Origin: Psammoneis japonica
Lineage: Eukaryota
Direction of reading: 5' to 3'
Length of the DNA stretch: 64,000 nucleotides
NCBI GenBank assembly: GCA_008632985.1
Contig: QPGO01000050.1
Coordinates: 186,001 to 250,000, forward strand
Position numbers and translations under genes: made by a program. This document shows, one piece after another, positions 62,101-64,000 of the stretch. Under the pieces are notes generated by a model. That model saw only the letters and a program-made list of their open reading frames with translations. It did not search any database and was not told the origin of the DNA. The first letter of the stretch is position 1; each line of letters starts with the position of its first letter.

Positions 62101-62260
62101 CGCTTCTGCCATCCAGTCGTTGGCACAAGGATGTGAAGGATCCAAACGCATGGCCTCCGTTCACCGCATTTTGTGTTCACTTTCGTGTCCGATTGATTCT
62201 GACGGGCAAGAAAAATCCAAAGGGAACTGCCAAAGATGCATGCATGCCAGTTCACACCGG
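59120..62260. other. TpA- and CpG-depleted hypermutated block 5
   Basis: TA nearly absent between ~59112 and ~62260; Tyr-free ORF track. Confidence 0.85.
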
Positions 62261-62482
62261 TACGAGTGGGGCCCTACGGTACACGCGACGCACAGAAGAT
62301 GCAGTAGGATGCGGCACGGAAGCAAACCGTCGTCCGTCGTTCGGTGAAGATGAGAAGGCTGAGGGCGGGCGGCAGGGGCTGGACCAACAGTTCACTAAAA
62401 TATACTTTGTGTACTATGGTCCTTCTGTTCTGAGTTCGAACTTGAGATCATCAATAGCAAATGAACAATCAGACAAAGCAGA

Positions 62483-63361
62483 CTATTTTGATATTGGTCT
62501 TTGCGATACCTCACTCGAAATAAACCCTTCACCAGACCATGGTTCCCAGCCGGATTCCATAGATTGTTTCAAGTCGGATTGGTAGTTGAGAAATTCAATT
62601 AATGATCCATCAGCATCGTAGATGAACGCCAATTCGTAGACGCTCCCTCCGATTATTTGCTGTCTTGGTTCTAACGCTATTCGTAAAGACTTCCCAAACG
62701 ATTCCATGCTGGTGGCATTCAAATCCCGCATCCAATCCTTGAGTCCGTATGATTCATCGTCGACAATCAACTTTTTCCGCTCTTGTATGGCCCCAGTAGC
62801 ATCCAACGCCAGGTGGTTCCAACCTAACAAATCTTGTCGCTTCATCAGATCAAACGATCTTCGCTTCTTTCCTGCTGGTTCGTTAAGCATATAGGAAGGT
62901 ACTTCAATCAATTCGATTCTACTATTGGATGAATCGTGTGAAAGCCAAGCAGCTTTTGCGGGTCCAGCACGAAACTTTGACTGAACTTCAAATCCCAAAA
63001 GACTGTAGAACTGAATAGCAACCGTGATGTTCCGCGTCTTAACAGCCGCGTGGTGTGACATGAGCCCAGCAGCAACGGGTGCCTTTTTGTCGTTCGAAGA
63101 GAAAGGAGACTCGCCAGCCACCATCCATCTCTTCCCTCTATATACCTTGGTATTTGAATGAAACCGCTGCAACGGACTGAAGTGGGATGCCGCGGCAGCA
63201 CCGTGACGTTCAGTGATGATTGGCCTTGAAGCTGTCAATGCTTGACCATCATGCCAGCATTTCGTGCTCATAGTCACGACTAACAAAGATAATAGCGGCT
63301 TCGCATATCCATTGATTCTGAGTTGCCAGAATCGTTGATTCGCTGGTGCATAGGGCACCAT
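62483..63361 (-). CDS. VOC/glyoxalase-family protein
   Basis: HHAAVKTRNI..AIQFYSLLGF, RIELIE, NHLALD and AFIYDADGSLIEFL; start codon uncertain. Confidence 0.8.
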   Translation of the reverse strand: MVPYAPANQRFWQLRINGYAKPLLSLLVVTMSTKCWHDGQALTASRPIITERHGAAAASHFSPLQRFHSNTKVYRGKRWMVAGESPFSSNDKKAPVAAGLMSHHAAVKTRNITVAIQFYSLLGFEVQSKFRAGPAKAAWLSHDSSNSRIELIEVPSYMLNEPAGKKRRSFDLMKRQDLLGWNHLALDATGAIQERKKLIVDDESYGLKDWMRDLNATSMESFGKSLRIALEPRQQIIGGSVYELAFIYDADGSLIEFLNYQSDLKQSMESGWEPWSGEGFISSEVSQRPISK

Positions 63362-64000
63362 CGTCAACCCTTTTGTTGTTTTGCGTTTGCCGAGAAAAAA
63401 AATGCATCCGACAGCCGGCGCCTGTCCACTGTCCGATGCACTCCATTCTGGTTGATTCGCGGAGCTCGTCGCGGAAAAGCTCGTGACGACTCCCAACTTT
63501 CGAACTTGTCCCGTACTGTTTAGAGACTCCCATCTCTTCTATCAACAAGTATGGCACTATTCTTGGCGATGATATATGGTCAGGTTAGAGGCGACGACAC
63601 GCAGGAAAGAACTAGTGACAGACTCAGATCATGGGAAACAAGCTATCCGTTCTAGACGGTCAACGTGTTTGAAATGTTAAAGTTGGTCCCCCACGGCATG
63701 CGCCGAAGTTTTGAGTATTCGAGGCGACAAGATCGAAGAAGGGCAGCACTCTGGTCCCAATCTACAAGTGACTGACTTGGAATTTTGTGATGCTACTCCT
63801 TCTGGTGGGGCGTGAGTGGAAAAGTGACAATCCGAGTTTCTGAGCCCATGTCAATCTAGCGCGGACATCGTCCCACTCGTTCCAATGATGGGATAAAGAC
63901 GCATCTTCTTATGACCAAAGCTCTTGACAGTGAGCATGATGGCAACTCCAATCTTGTTTTTCAGAAACCGAAAGTGAATGGGTTGACGTGAAACTGCCGG

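Overview
Eukaryotic genomic DNA, most likely a pennate diatom (inferred from ASAFAP-type bipartite plastid presequences, stramenopile-type H3/H2A/H2B and short GT-AG introns). The window alternates between two states. (1) Ordinary gene-dense sequence: methylmalonyl-CoA mutase, an ankyrin protein, a PGAM5-like gene, all five histone classes (H2B/H2A, H1, H4/H3, each followed by a conserved 3' stem-loop), an ankyrin-AAA+ (CLPB/Skd3-like) gene, a PAP/fibrillin protein, a type II NADH dehydrogenase and a VOC/glyoxalase protein. (2) Five blocks of decayed transposons and repeats (about 6.1-20.6, 21.7-36.8, 39.1-42.7, 51.7-54.4 and 59.1-62.3 kb) in which TpA is almost absent, CpG is variably depleted and TpG/CpA is in large excess. 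Aligned duplicates and conserved transposon motifs give the direction of change: TA->TG or TA->CA, i.e. A:T->G:C at TpA. This is the opposite polarity to fungal RIP and is separate from CpG decay. It is region-restricted, fades over a few hundred bp at block edges, spares YTAR contexts and has not touched a young MITE inserted within the domain. This candidate TpA-directed transposon-hypermutation (genome defence) process is the main finding. All counts were made by eye and are approximate.
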